IMG/VR virus record: IMGVR_UViG_3300042484_002423
Length of the DNA stretch: 64,000 nucleotides
Direction: 5' to 3' (one strand)
From: a virus
Taxonomy: Duplodnaviria; Heunggongvirae; Uroviricota; Caudoviricetes
The notes under the pieces were generated by a model. The model did not search any database. It saw nothing but the letters and a program-made list of their open reading frames with translations, and was not told where the DNA came from. Made by a program: the position numbers and the translations under genes. Below, one piece after another: positions 52,178 through 59,940 of the stretch; position 1 is the stretch's first letter; every line of letters begins with the position of its first letter.

Positions 52178-54389
52178 GTTTGATGTATTCTATTTGAAAA
52201 GTGAAAAAAAGCCTGGCATCTTTGCGCATGAGATGCCAGCAATGTCGTTGCAGGATGCGCAGTCTCAGAGTCGCACAAGATACTTTTGGTGGATCACATA
52301 CTTATGTGATTATAGCAGCTTTGACTTTGATTATCAACCACTGCCATGGCAAAGTGAGTTTACACATGCATGGCCCAGCCATCACCATGAGTACTCGGGC
52401 ACGTATCTTGTGCCCCGGAGTGGTGATATACAGTATCACTTTCACAGCACAGTAGTGCCCAATTGTTATCGCCTGGGAGAGTTTGACACCTTGACCAATC
52501 ATGTGAACTTTGACTACACCTGGGCACCACATCCACATGATCCACCTTATATCTATGTGTTTGGCAACCAGTGGTGGCCAGCAGAGAAAATGCCCACTGT
52601 GGAGTATCATGTGCCTGGCGCGACAGAACGCAAGTACATGACTGAGCCGCAAGCACAGTTGCCTGAACGTCATTGCAATCGCTGGCATACCGTAGTAGAC
52701 TGCAACTGGGATTACTCTTGGGTACCTGATCCTGGCGATCCACCTTATATCTATGTGTTTGGCAACCAGTGGTGGCCAGCAGAGAAAATGCCCACTGTGG
52801 AGTATCACTCACCAGGCGCAACAGAACGCAAGTATGTTTCATGGCCACGTGCTAAACTACTACAGGATCGCACACACTGGCAAGCACCTGACGACATCGA
52901 TACTGACAGCGTAGACTATTCGTGGGTACCCGATCCTGGAGACCCGCCCTACATCTATCAGTTTGCTACCCAGCACCAAAAGACCGGGGGTCCACAATAC
53001 ACAGTGCCTGGAGCTATTGAAGTAAAATATCTTGCTGAACTACGAGTACGCACAGCAGGTAGAGCCACTGCTGTAGTGGAAATTGATCACTTAGACGGCA
53101 CAGCAGGTGCTATACCTAACACTACACGCAAGGTGCGCTACTTTGACAACTATCGCGATACGCTTGTACGCATTGCCAAGAGCATGACAGATCAACACGA
53201 ATACATCTGGGTGTGCAGCAGCATTTGTGATTACACAGACTTTGATTTCTCATGGCACCCAGAAGATTGGCAAGCCACAATGCTACATGTATTTGCCAGC
53301 GACGGGGAGAAGTTTGGCGACACATTCTTCATGCATGTTCCTACATTTGCAGAGTACGGGGACAAGAAAGCACTGTTGGAATGGTATGATGTAAACTTTG
53401 TAGATGTTAGTGTGCGCCGCAAACCCATGCCTATAATTGAACACAGTTACGACAGTCAAGCAGAAGCAGTTCAAGCATTGCCATTTGATGGCCCGCTGGC
53501 GCTGTATACAAACACAAACTATGTGCGAGACAATCTAGCAACAGTTCCGCTATGGCGTACAGAAACCAAAACCATTGTGCCACTTAGTGCAGGTGCAACA
53601 TCAGTGATAGTACCCCGAACCGCAGTGGCTCATATTCGCACACAGTTGTATGATTATGCCTACATAGACAAGACACGTCGTATGTTAAAAGATAAGCCCC
53701 TGGACATTGTGTTCATTAGCAACGGAGAAAAAAATTCTGATCAAAATTACCAGCGTCTAAAGGACAGTACCTACAATCAAAACAATCTGATACATCGCGT
53801 GGACGGGGTAAACGGTCGTGTGGCAGCATATCATGCAGCAGCCCAAAAGTCTACTACATCTTGGTTCTTTGCTGTGTTTGCCAAGCTCAGTGTTGCCAAC
53901 AATTTTGATTGGACCTGGCAACCAGATCGTATGCAGCAGCCCAAGCATTATATTTTTCATGCTGGTAATCCTGTGAATGGCTTGGTATACGGCCACCAAG
54001 CCATGATTGCCTACAACCAAGAATTAGTGTTGGCCAATGCTGGACAAGGTCTTGACTTTACATTGGACAGTGCACACGAAGTTGTGCCCATTCTCAGCGG
54101 CACAGCCAACTATGCTGAAACACCTTGGATGGCCTGGCGCACCGCATTTAGAGAATGTATTAAACTTAAAGCGAGCTTGCCCGATGTAGAAAATGAATAT
54201 CGATTGAGCAAGTGGCTTGATATCAACAGTGATGAAGCAGACCCACAGTGGAGTCGATTTGGTGCAGAAGATGCTATTGAATACTACAATGCTGTTGCGG
54301 GAGATTTTGTTGAGCTTAAGAAAAGCTACGATTGGGCTTGGTTGGCTAGTTATGCGTTTGTCAAACGTTCTTTAACACCTGATCAGTAA
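52176..54389 (+). CDS. Trp-rich repeat protein (737 aa) with ~66-aa tandem repeats (DY.W.P.P.DPPYIYVFGNQWWPAEKMPTVEYH.PGATERKY) and a possible GT2-like C-terminal region. The start may be M20/M23.
   Basis: Repeats are seen at 52480-53010. The C-terminal IVFISNGEKNSDQNY resembles the GT2 N-terminal strand (IIPTYNE). An ATG is at 52176 and alternative in-frame ATGs at 52233 and 52242. Confidence 0.5.
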   Translation: MFDVFYLKSEKKPGIFAHEMPAMSLQDAQSQSRTRYFWWITYLCDYSSFDFDYQPLPWQSEFTHAWPSHHHEYSGTYLVPRSGDIQYHFHSTVVPNCYRLGEFDTLTNHVNFDYTWAPHPHDPPYIYVFGNQWWPAEKMPTVEYHVPGATERKYMTEPQAQLPERHCNRWHTVVDCNWDYSWVPDPGDPPYIYVFGNQWWPAEKMPTVEYHSPGATERKYVSWPRAKLLQDRTHWQAPDDIDTDSVDYSWVPDPGDPPYIYQFATQHQKTGGPQYTVPGAIEVKYLAELRVRTAGRATAVVEIDHLDGTAGAIPNTTRKVRYFDNYRDTLVRIAKSMTDQHEYIWVCSSICDYTDFDFSWHPEDWQATMLHVFASDGEKFGDTFFMHVPTFAEYGDKKALLEWYDVNFVDVSVRRKPMPIIEHSYDSQAEAVQALPFDGPLALYTNTNYVRDNLATVPLWRTETKTIVPLSAGATSVIVPRTAVAHIRTQLYDYAYIDKTRRMLKDKPLDIVFISNGEKNSDQNYQRLKDSTYNQNNLIHRVDGVNGRVAAYHAAAQKSTTSWFFAVFAKLSVANNFDWTWQPDRMQQPKHYIFHAGNPVNGLVYGHQAMIAYNQELVLANAGQGLDFTLDSAHEVVPILSGTANYAETPWMAWRTAFRECIKLKASLPDVENEYRLSKWLDINSDEADPQWSRFGAEDAIEYYNAVAGDFVELKKSYDWAWLASYAFVKRSLTPDQ
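52480..53010 (+). repeat. In-frame ~198-nt tandem repeat, 2 copies plus a degenerate third. A 71-nt core is identical at 52539-52609 and 52737-52807.
   Basis: Exact nucleotide identity of the cores is seen in the sequence. Confidence 0.85.
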
Positions 54390-55473
54390 CGTATTCCACG
54401 TCTAGGTCAGACAGCTCAGGATATATGGGCAAGCTCAGCACCCGCTGGCAGAGTGCAGAAGCAACACTCAGCATGTTGGGTCCAGGGAATTGCCTTAACA
54501 CAGGATCATCGTGCAAGGGTTGAGCATAATGTATTCGTGTGTCAATACTGGCATTCCATAGTTTTTCTTGCAGCCGATTGCGATGATCAACATCAATCAC
54601 AAACTTGTGAAACGCATGGTGGTGTTCGTTGTGTTCGTTGATCAAGCAGCGTATGCCAGTATTCTCAAAACGCTCGCACATGTAGGCAGCAATCCGGCGA
54701 CGACGACCTTGCCACTGATCAATGTACTGTGTTTTGACCATCATGTGTGCACAATCCAGTTCGCTCATGCGACTGTTGCTGCCGCCGCGCTCGGGCTTGT
54801 AGTTGCCTTTGTTGTGATTACCCCAGGCTCGTGCAAAGTCTGCTAGATCCAAGTTGTCTGTGACCACTGCACCGCCGTTGCCATAACAGGCCAAGTTCTT
54901 CATAGGGTCAAAGCTGATGGCACTTCCGTCACCAATTCGTAAACTGTTGTTGCCCAACCAGTGTTGTGCAGCATCTTCGATCACAGTGATATTATTGTGC
55001 AACCAATGTGTCCAGGCTTTTACTGAGTGAGCATGAGAAATAGCAGCACCGTACAACCCAACCAACACTACGGCCTGATAATCCAGGCCCTGGGGAATTT
55101 TATCAGGATCAAGCAAACCGTTGACATCCACATCAACAAAATGTAAGTCCCAGCCAGCTCGCAAAAATGCATTGGCAGTGGCCACAAACGTCAAGCTGGG
55201 AATCAACACTCGTGGGGGTTTGTTGTTTAGTTCCAATCCACGCCAGTACTCGGCAATAATTTCCAGAGCTTGAGTGCCCGAGTGACAAGTTACTGCATTT
55301 TTGCCCCCGTTCCTGACAGCCAGCCAGTTTTCAAATTTCTGAGTCCAAGGGCCGTTCATGAGCTGACCAGATCGCAGCACCTGATCAGTTGAGTCCAGAA
55401 TCTCCTCACGGAGTTGGTTATACTGTCTTGGGAGACCAGTAAACGGAATTCGCCAACCAGGTATAGTATTCAC
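54361..55473 (-). CDS. PLP-dependent sugar aminotransferase, DegT/DnrJ/EryC1/StrS family. GTG start.
   Basis: The N-terminus IPFTGLPRQYNQLREEILDSTDQVLRSGQLMNGPWTQKFENWLA...AVTCHSGTQALE matches the DegT family consensus. Length 370 aa. Confidence 0.7.
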   Translation of the reverse strand: MNTIPGWRIPFTGLPRQYNQLREEILDSTDQVLRSGQLMNGPWTQKFENWLAVRNGGKNAVTCHSGTQALEIIAEYWRGLELNNKPPRVLIPSLTFVATANAFLRAGWDLHFVDVDVNGLLDPDKIPQGLDYQAVVLVGLYGAAISHAHSVKAWTHWLHNNITVIEDAAQHWLGNNSLRIGDGSAISFDPMKNLACYGNGGAVVTDNLDLADFARAWGNHNKGNYKPERGGSNSRMSELDCAHMMVKTQYIDQWQGRRRRIAAYMCERFENTGIRCLINEHNEHHHAFHKFVIDVDHRNRLQEKLWNASIDTRIHYAQPLHDDPVLRQFPGPNMLSVASALCQRVLSLPIYPELSDLDVEYVTDQVLKNV

Positions 55474-56386
55474 GGAATCCTTGTTCTACGTCAACTTTGG
55501 GATCAAAACCAAGAATGGTTCTGGCCCGATCAATATTCAACGCACCGCGACTGGGAAAGTCTGCATCCTTGTCGCGTACTTCAATGGTGCCCTTGCCCAC
55601 AATTTCCACAATCATTTCTGCGGCTTCGAGTAGTGAAACTGAATGTGATTTGGTAATGTTGTAAGTATTGTTTCGCGCCATGATGCGAGTCGCAGCCGCA
55701 ACAATGCCATCTGCAGCGTCATCCACATACGTAAAGTCCAGCGTTTCCGACGCCCCGTTGACTCGTAGTACGCCGCCACGCATGGCCTGGAGCATAAACT
55801 TTGCAACAACCCTATCTTCCACGTCCAACGGTCCATACACAGCTGACGGACGGATGATAACATACTCCATGCCTGTTCTTCTTGCATAATCTTTAACAAG
55901 CCACTCTCCTGCCAGTTTCATGATGCCGTATTGTCCTTGTGGCGAACACGGATCATCTTCCAACACTTGATCTTCAAAGTCTCCGTACACCATGCTTGAA
56001 CTTATGTATACAAATCGCTCAACACCGTGCTTTTTGGCACTCTCAAGAAGATTGGTCAAGCCCTCCATCATGACACGAGCACCGTAAGCAGGGTTAGCAT
56101 TGACAACTTTTTGTCGGGGGAAGCTGGCCATGTGCACAATTACGTTAGGCTTCTCGTTCCCAACAATTGCATTCATACGATCTGCATCTTCGATATAGTC
56201 GTGATAGATTGGACATGGTGCAATCTTCTTCAGCCGTTCGCCTACAAGATAATCAACTTCTGCTCTTGGAATAATACCATATGTGGTTTGATTGTCTACG
56301 ACAACAACTTCTTCGTTGCGTTGTTGCAGACGCTGTACTACGTTGTGACCGATCAGACCCAGGCCACCAGTAACTAAAATTTTCAT
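55418..56386 (-). CDS. NAD-dependent nucleotide-sugar epimerase/dehydratase (extended SDR).
   Basis: MKILVTGGLGLIGHNVV carries a GxxGxxG Rossmann motif. A YGIMK YxxxK catalytic motif is present. Length 322 aa. Confidence 0.7.
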   Translation of the reverse strand: MKILVTGGLGLIGHNVVQRLQQRNEEVVVVDNQTTYGIIPRAEVDYLVGERLKKIAPCPIYHDYIEDADRMNAIVGNEKPNVIVHMASFPRQKVVNANPAYGARVMMEGLTNLLESAKKHGVERFVYISSSMVYGDFEDQVLEDDPCSPQGQYGIMKLAGEWLVKDYARRTGMEYVIIRPSAVYGPLDVEDRVVAKFMLQAMRGGVLRVNGASETLDFTYVDDAADGIVAAATRIMARNNTYNITKSHSVSLLEAAEMIVEIVGKGTIEVRDKDADFPSRGALNIDRARTILGFDPKVDVEQGFREYYTWLANSVYWSPKTV

Positions 56387-56754
56387 TGTTTACCCCATTT
56401 CATTTGAAACCATACATATACTTTCTCGTCCATCACAGTAAAGTCGCCAGCTCTACTGTAATCCCAATACCTTCCGTCTTTGTAAGTTCCTGGATGCCCA
56501 AAACTTTTAAGCAACCAGTTTTCTGCTTCCATGCCTGGCCAACCTTTGGTTTTATACAACGTCATTGGCACAAACTTTTCACCGTCCCATACTTGTTTTT
56601 TGACCGGAGGCTGAAGAACAATTTCTGCATCAACATACTCTATTTGTTGAGTCCACCCCATTTGAGTCTCCAAAACGTTTCGTCCTTGTCGCTGAGCCTG
56701 GCTATGATGCGGTATACATGACCGTATGTAGAAAAATCCATGTTCCTGGACCAA
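56383..56754 (-). CDS. Hypothetical protein. The track start is TTG and overlaps the upstream gene. A more likely start is the internal ATG at about 56661.
   Basis: Its C-terminus ends with a W/KWG motif like its upstream neighbour. Confidence 0.35.
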   Translation of the reverse strand: MVQEHGFFYIRSCIPHHSQAQRQGRNVLETQMGWTQQIEYVDAEIVLQPPVKKQVWDGEKFVPMTLYKTKGWPGMEAENWLLKSFGHPGTYKDGRYWDYSRAGDFTVMDEKVYVWFQMKWGKQ

Positions 56755-56975
56755 TAAGGTTTCTCCACAGCGTGTTCCATGATCCAGGATCCTGCGTCAC
56801 TTTGTTGCCAGGCCCAGATAGGCTCACCAGCCATGATATCGGGATCTTCCACATCGCCTAGTCTAAATTCGTGTACACAAACGTCGCGAAATCGCACTGG
56901 GAAGCCGTTTATAATTTTTGTCTCATCGGCTTGCCAGTGCAGGTACTCAAGTTGTTGGTTGGGTGTTATTGCCAT
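56640..56975 (-). CDS. Hypothetical protein (111 aa).
   Basis: ATG start. It ends in RLKWGGLNK, similar to the downstream ORF's C-terminus. Confidence 0.45.
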   Translation of the reverse strand: MAITPNQQLEYLHWQADETKIINGFPVRFRDVCVHEFRLGDVEDPDIMAGEPIWAWQQSDAGSWIMEHAVEKPYWSRNMDFSTYGHVYRIIARLSDKDETFWRLKWGGLNK

Positions 56976-56989
56976 AACACATTATAACA

Positions 56990-57679
56990 TTATTTTGCTA
57001 CAAGGTCACTGGCCATTGGAAAAATTTTGCTAATAGCATCGGCACAGGCCAGAGCAATTTGCTGGTGTTCTTTTTGTGTACCGTTACCCGAACGCAATTC
57101 GATAAAGTGAATCCATGAGCGCAAGGTACCGTTCATGTACATACGGCTTACAGTAAGACCTTCTGGCAACACAGCACGAGCTTGCTCTTTGGCAATGCCG
57201 TTCTTGATAGCCCAAGAATATTCTTGTTTAGCTGAGAACAACACACGCTTCTGAGCACGTTCCCATTCGATGGCCAGCAGACGTTGTGCTTCATTGTCCA
57301 TGTCTAGCTCTACGCTGTTCTGTCTATTCTTGGTGTCTTGGAATCGTGCCTCACGTAACACAAACGCTTGGTCGAGTTCAGCTGTAGGATCAGCATATCG
57401 CTGGGAGAATTCTTGGAAGCTGAAACTTCTGTGACGTAGAATCTGTCTTGCAATGTCGCGGGTGGTGACGATTTCGCAACAGGCGGAGACCATTTCAAGT
57501 GGGCTCCAGTGCTGGTGCTTGACCAAGTATCGGATGAGTCGCTCAGAGGTTTCAGTGTTAAATTGGTTGGCAGGATTGGACACACGGGCACAATAGGCAA
57601 TGAGTTCTTGTGCATCGTCGACTCCAAGCTCTGCAAACTCTGCTGTGGGCTGACTGTAGGATACCAATTTAACATTCAT
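56990..57679 (-). CDS. thyX: Flavin-dependent thymidylate synthase ThyX.
   Basis: The ThyX signature RHRSFSFQEFSQRY (RHR-x7-S) is present. Length 229 aa. ATG start. Confidence 0.8.
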   Translation of the reverse strand: MNVKLVSYSQPTAEFAELGVDDAQELIAYCARVSNPANQFNTETSERLIRYLVKHQHWSPLEMVSACCEIVTTRDIARQILRHRSFSFQEFSQRYADPTAELDQAFVLREARFQDTKNRQNSVELDMDNEAQRLLAIEWERAQKRVLFSAKQEYSWAIKNGIAKEQARAVLPEGLTVSRMYMNGTLRSWIHFIELRSGNGTQKEHQQIALACADAISKIFPMASDLVAK

Positions 57680-57981
57680 CTTAGTTTTTCTAAAAGTTTA
57701 TCAGTTTCAGGTTGAACAATTTCAGCAACTGCCGCAGCATCGACAATAAAGTCAATGTCGCGAACCTCGTTGCCTAGTTCAGTTAGTGTTCGGGTCAAGA
57801 TTATTTCGATTTGCTCAATATCAAGCCCTTGTCGGCGCAGCGTATTCAAATTGATAGTACGCTGTCGTTTGCCGTTTAATCTGACTACAATTTTTTTAAT
57901 ACACTCGAGTGGTACTTCAGTCTTTGTTACTTCAGCAATGATGTGTTCCCACTTTTCGAGGAACTCATTACTGAACTGCAT
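57676..57981 (-). CDS. Hypothetical protein (~101 aa). ATG at 57981. The track start TTG is at 57984.
   Basis: ATGA overlap with thyX. Confidence 0.45.
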   Translation of the reverse strand: MQFSNEFLEKWEHIIAEVTKTEVPLECIKKIVVRLNGKRQRTINLNTLRRQGLDIEQIEIILTRTLTELGNEVRDIDFIVDAAAVAEIVQPETDKLLEKLR

Positions 57982-58705
57982 CAACGTTTACTGCCTTGAC
58001 CTTGGGAGGACGACCACGACGCGGTGACTCAGACTCGCTACTGGCTTGAGTTGATGTGACCAGCGCCGGGGCAGTCATGTCAACTCTGACACCAGGATGC
58101 ATGCGTTGAGCGTCCTTTTTCATTCTAGCAGCTTCAGAAATAAGACCCTTGGCTTCGGTCTCCATGCGTTTGGCCTGTGCCAGCATGTTCACTGCAATAC
58201 TCTTGTCATCAAGTGCGATGTTGGCAGGTGCTTGAATTGGGGGAGAGTTTTTGTCCTGCTGTTTACGCTTGTATTCAGCCTCGGCCTTGCGTTTGGTGTA
58301 AGGATCTACCATGCCTTGGCTGGCATCAAGTTCTTTGAGACGATCAACTGCTTGTTGACCAGTTTCCATCTCGCGGATGATCTTGTTGAGTTCTTCCAAC
58401 TTTACAGAGCTCTGTGCATTGGGAGTAACAATCACTTGGTTTGTGGGAATCTTCTTGATCATACCTTCACGGTGCAGAGCCTCTAGTTGAGGGCGACCGT
58501 CTGGCAACAGATTGCGGTGCAGTGCATCAGCAAGGTTAGTGGCTTGCTGTCCAACTTCACTTTCTAGAGTTTTCATGATTGAGTCATGAATGTGTGTGGG
58601 CAATGTTTCAGGATAGATAACAAGGCACATGTGATCCTCGTTGGGAACTTCTCTGAACAAGATAGCAACCTTGCGGTCCCCGTGTCTACCGATATGTTTA
58701 AGCAT
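57968..58705 (-). CDS. Hypothetical protein (245 aa) with a coiled-coil middle and a basic AT-hook-like C-terminus (RRGRPPK).
   Basis: ATG start. Coherent ORF. Confidence 0.5.
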   Translation of the reverse strand: MLKHIGRHGDRKVAILFREVPNEDHMCLVIYPETLPTHIHDSIMKTLESEVGQQATNLADALHRNLLPDGRPQLEALHREGMIKKIPTNQVIVTPNAQSSVKLEELNKIIREMETGQQAVDRLKELDASQGMVDPYTKRKAEAEYKRKQQDKNSPPIQAPANIALDDKSIAVNMLAQAKRMETEAKGLISEAARMKKDAQRMHPGVRVDMTAPALVTSTQASSESESPRRGRPPKVKAVNVDAVQ

Positions 58706-58895
58706 TTTGATCTCCTTGTGCTTGTTGTTGTGCGGCCAAGTGCGCCGCAGTTTGCTCTAAAAATTTTGACAGCTTGTCGTAAACTACACCCACGCCTGAC
58801 ATTTCATGAGCTTTGAATGCCCCGCGATTACAGGCCGCTTCAAGCAAGGATTTTATCGACGCCATGTCAGCTACTGTTAATTGTATATCTTCCAT
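58698..58895 (-). CDS. Small hypothetical protein (65 aa).
   Basis: ATG start. Part of a densely packed small-gene run. Confidence 0.4.
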   Translation of the reverse strand: MEDIQLTVADMASIKSLLEAACNRGAFKAHEMSGVGVVYDKLSKFLEQTAAHLAAQQQAQGDQNA

Positions 58896-58958
58896 GTAGA
58901 TATTTAATGTCTACGTTGACTGGAAAAATTATTTTACGTATGGTTTTGGCAAAATTGA

Positions 58959-59198
58959 CTAGCGATATGGCTTAATGTCTTTGTGCTTGACTATCAAGAA
59001 CGTATATACCCGATCTTGATATTTTAATGGTAGATCCAGGTGGACAGTTACTTCAGGACCAGTGGTGTGATTAATCAGTCGATCATTGCCCACACTGCCC
59101 ACAAACGGAATCCGATTCCAATACCCAAACACTCTATCACCAATGTCATAAACATGTTTATAGCCTATGCGGTTGAAGTAATCAGTTTGGGTGCCCAT
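58959..59198 (-). CDS. Small hypothetical protein (79 aa).
   Basis: ATG start. Confidence 0.4.
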   Translation of the reverse strand: MGTQTDYFNRIGYKHVYDIGDRVFGYWNRIPFVGSVGNDRLINHTTGPEVTVHLDLPLKYQDRVYTFLIVKHKDIKPYR

Positions 59199-59199
59199 G

Positions 59200-59376
59200 T
59201 TAGGTCAGCTGTACTCGACGCAGGCCATAGTTCATATAGGCAATCACAAAAGAAATGCCAGCCCAGACATAATCGCCCGTTGCAAGCTCGTAGATTCCTT
59301 GCGCGGTAAAAAAGCCAATCATAAACCATGTAATAGCATCTTGATTGGTTACATACCATTGTTTGAATTTGTTCAT
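59200..59376 (-). CDS. Small membrane protein (58 aa, MNKFKQWYVTNQDAITWFMIGFFTAQGIYELATGDYVWAGISFVIAYMNYGLRRVQLT). Absent from the ORF track. It replaces the track ORF 59165-59359.
   Basis: Manual translation. ATGA overlap with the upstream gene stop at 59373-59375. Its stop abuts the next ATG. It contains hydrophobic helices. Confidence 0.45.
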   Translation of the reverse strand: MNKFKQWYVTNQDAITWFMIGFFTAQGIYELATGDYVWAGISFVIAYMNYGLRRVQLT

Positions 59377-59582
59377 GCTATTTTCCTTTCGTGTACACCG
59401 TTTTCAAACTGTGCAAACAGCTCTTCGAACTTGTGTTGATACAGTCGAGCCACGCCTTCAAAGTCCGCTGGATCGGCTCCACGTTTGACCAAGAGGTTGA
59501 CATCATCTATCATGTTCCAGCATTGCATAATGCCTTGCTCAAAATCAAATCGATCAAATTTTTTATCTTTACTCATTACCAT
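59373..59582 (-). CDS. Small hypothetical protein (69 aa).
   Basis: ATG start. Coupled to neighbours. Confidence 0.4.
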   Translation of the reverse strand: MVMSKDKKFDRFDFEQGIMQCWNMIDDVNLLVKRGADPADFEGVARLYQHKFEELFAQFENGVHERKIA

Positions 59583-59704
59583 TCCTCTCGTGCTTTTTTA
59601 GCTTCAGTCCAAATCTTTTTTAACAATTCCCAAATAGGAAACGCAAAGTATCCTAGGGCAAATCCATACACAAACGGCCCTACGGCTGCAAAGAAGTCAT
59701 TCAT
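59576..59704 (-). CDS. Small membrane peptide (~42 aa, MNDFFAAVGPFVYGFALGYFAFPIW...). The track ORF extends to 59782, but the ATG at 59704 gives an ATGA overlap with the upstream stop.
   Basis: A hydrophobic helix is present. ATGA coupling is seen at 59701-59704. Confidence 0.35.
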   Translation of the reverse strand: MNDFFAAVGPFVYGFALGYFAFPIWELLKKIWTEAKKAREEW

Positions 59705-59931
59705 ACAACTTTTCCAATACCGTACCAGATCAACTGATCCAATTCGCGTTGATAGTCTCGACCTTCTCTGCGTTTGATCCAAACTTGTGTTAACAACTCA
59801 CGCATCTGATCACCGTCAATGTATTTGCTGTTGAGATCCAGCCCACGGCGTTCCATTTCATCCATAAGATCGTCGTCGTCAAAACTGTCGAGATCAACGT
59901 CTACTTCAACTTCAGTGTAAACTGTGGGCAT
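59701..59931 (-). CDS. Small acidic protein (76 aa).
   Basis: ATG start. Asp/Glu-rich. Confidence 0.4.
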   Translation of the reverse strand: MPTVYTEVEVDVDLDSFDDDDLMDEMERRGLDLNSKYIDGDQMRELLTQVWIKRREGRDYQRELDQLIWYGIGKVV

Positions 59932-59940
59932 GGTTGCTCC

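Noticed and set aside
59165-59359. 64-aa minus-strand ORF from the track
   Set aside because: It overlaps the neighbouring gene by 34 nt and has no features. The alternative-frame 58-aa membrane ORF 59200-59376 fits the ATGA coupling pattern of the locus far better.
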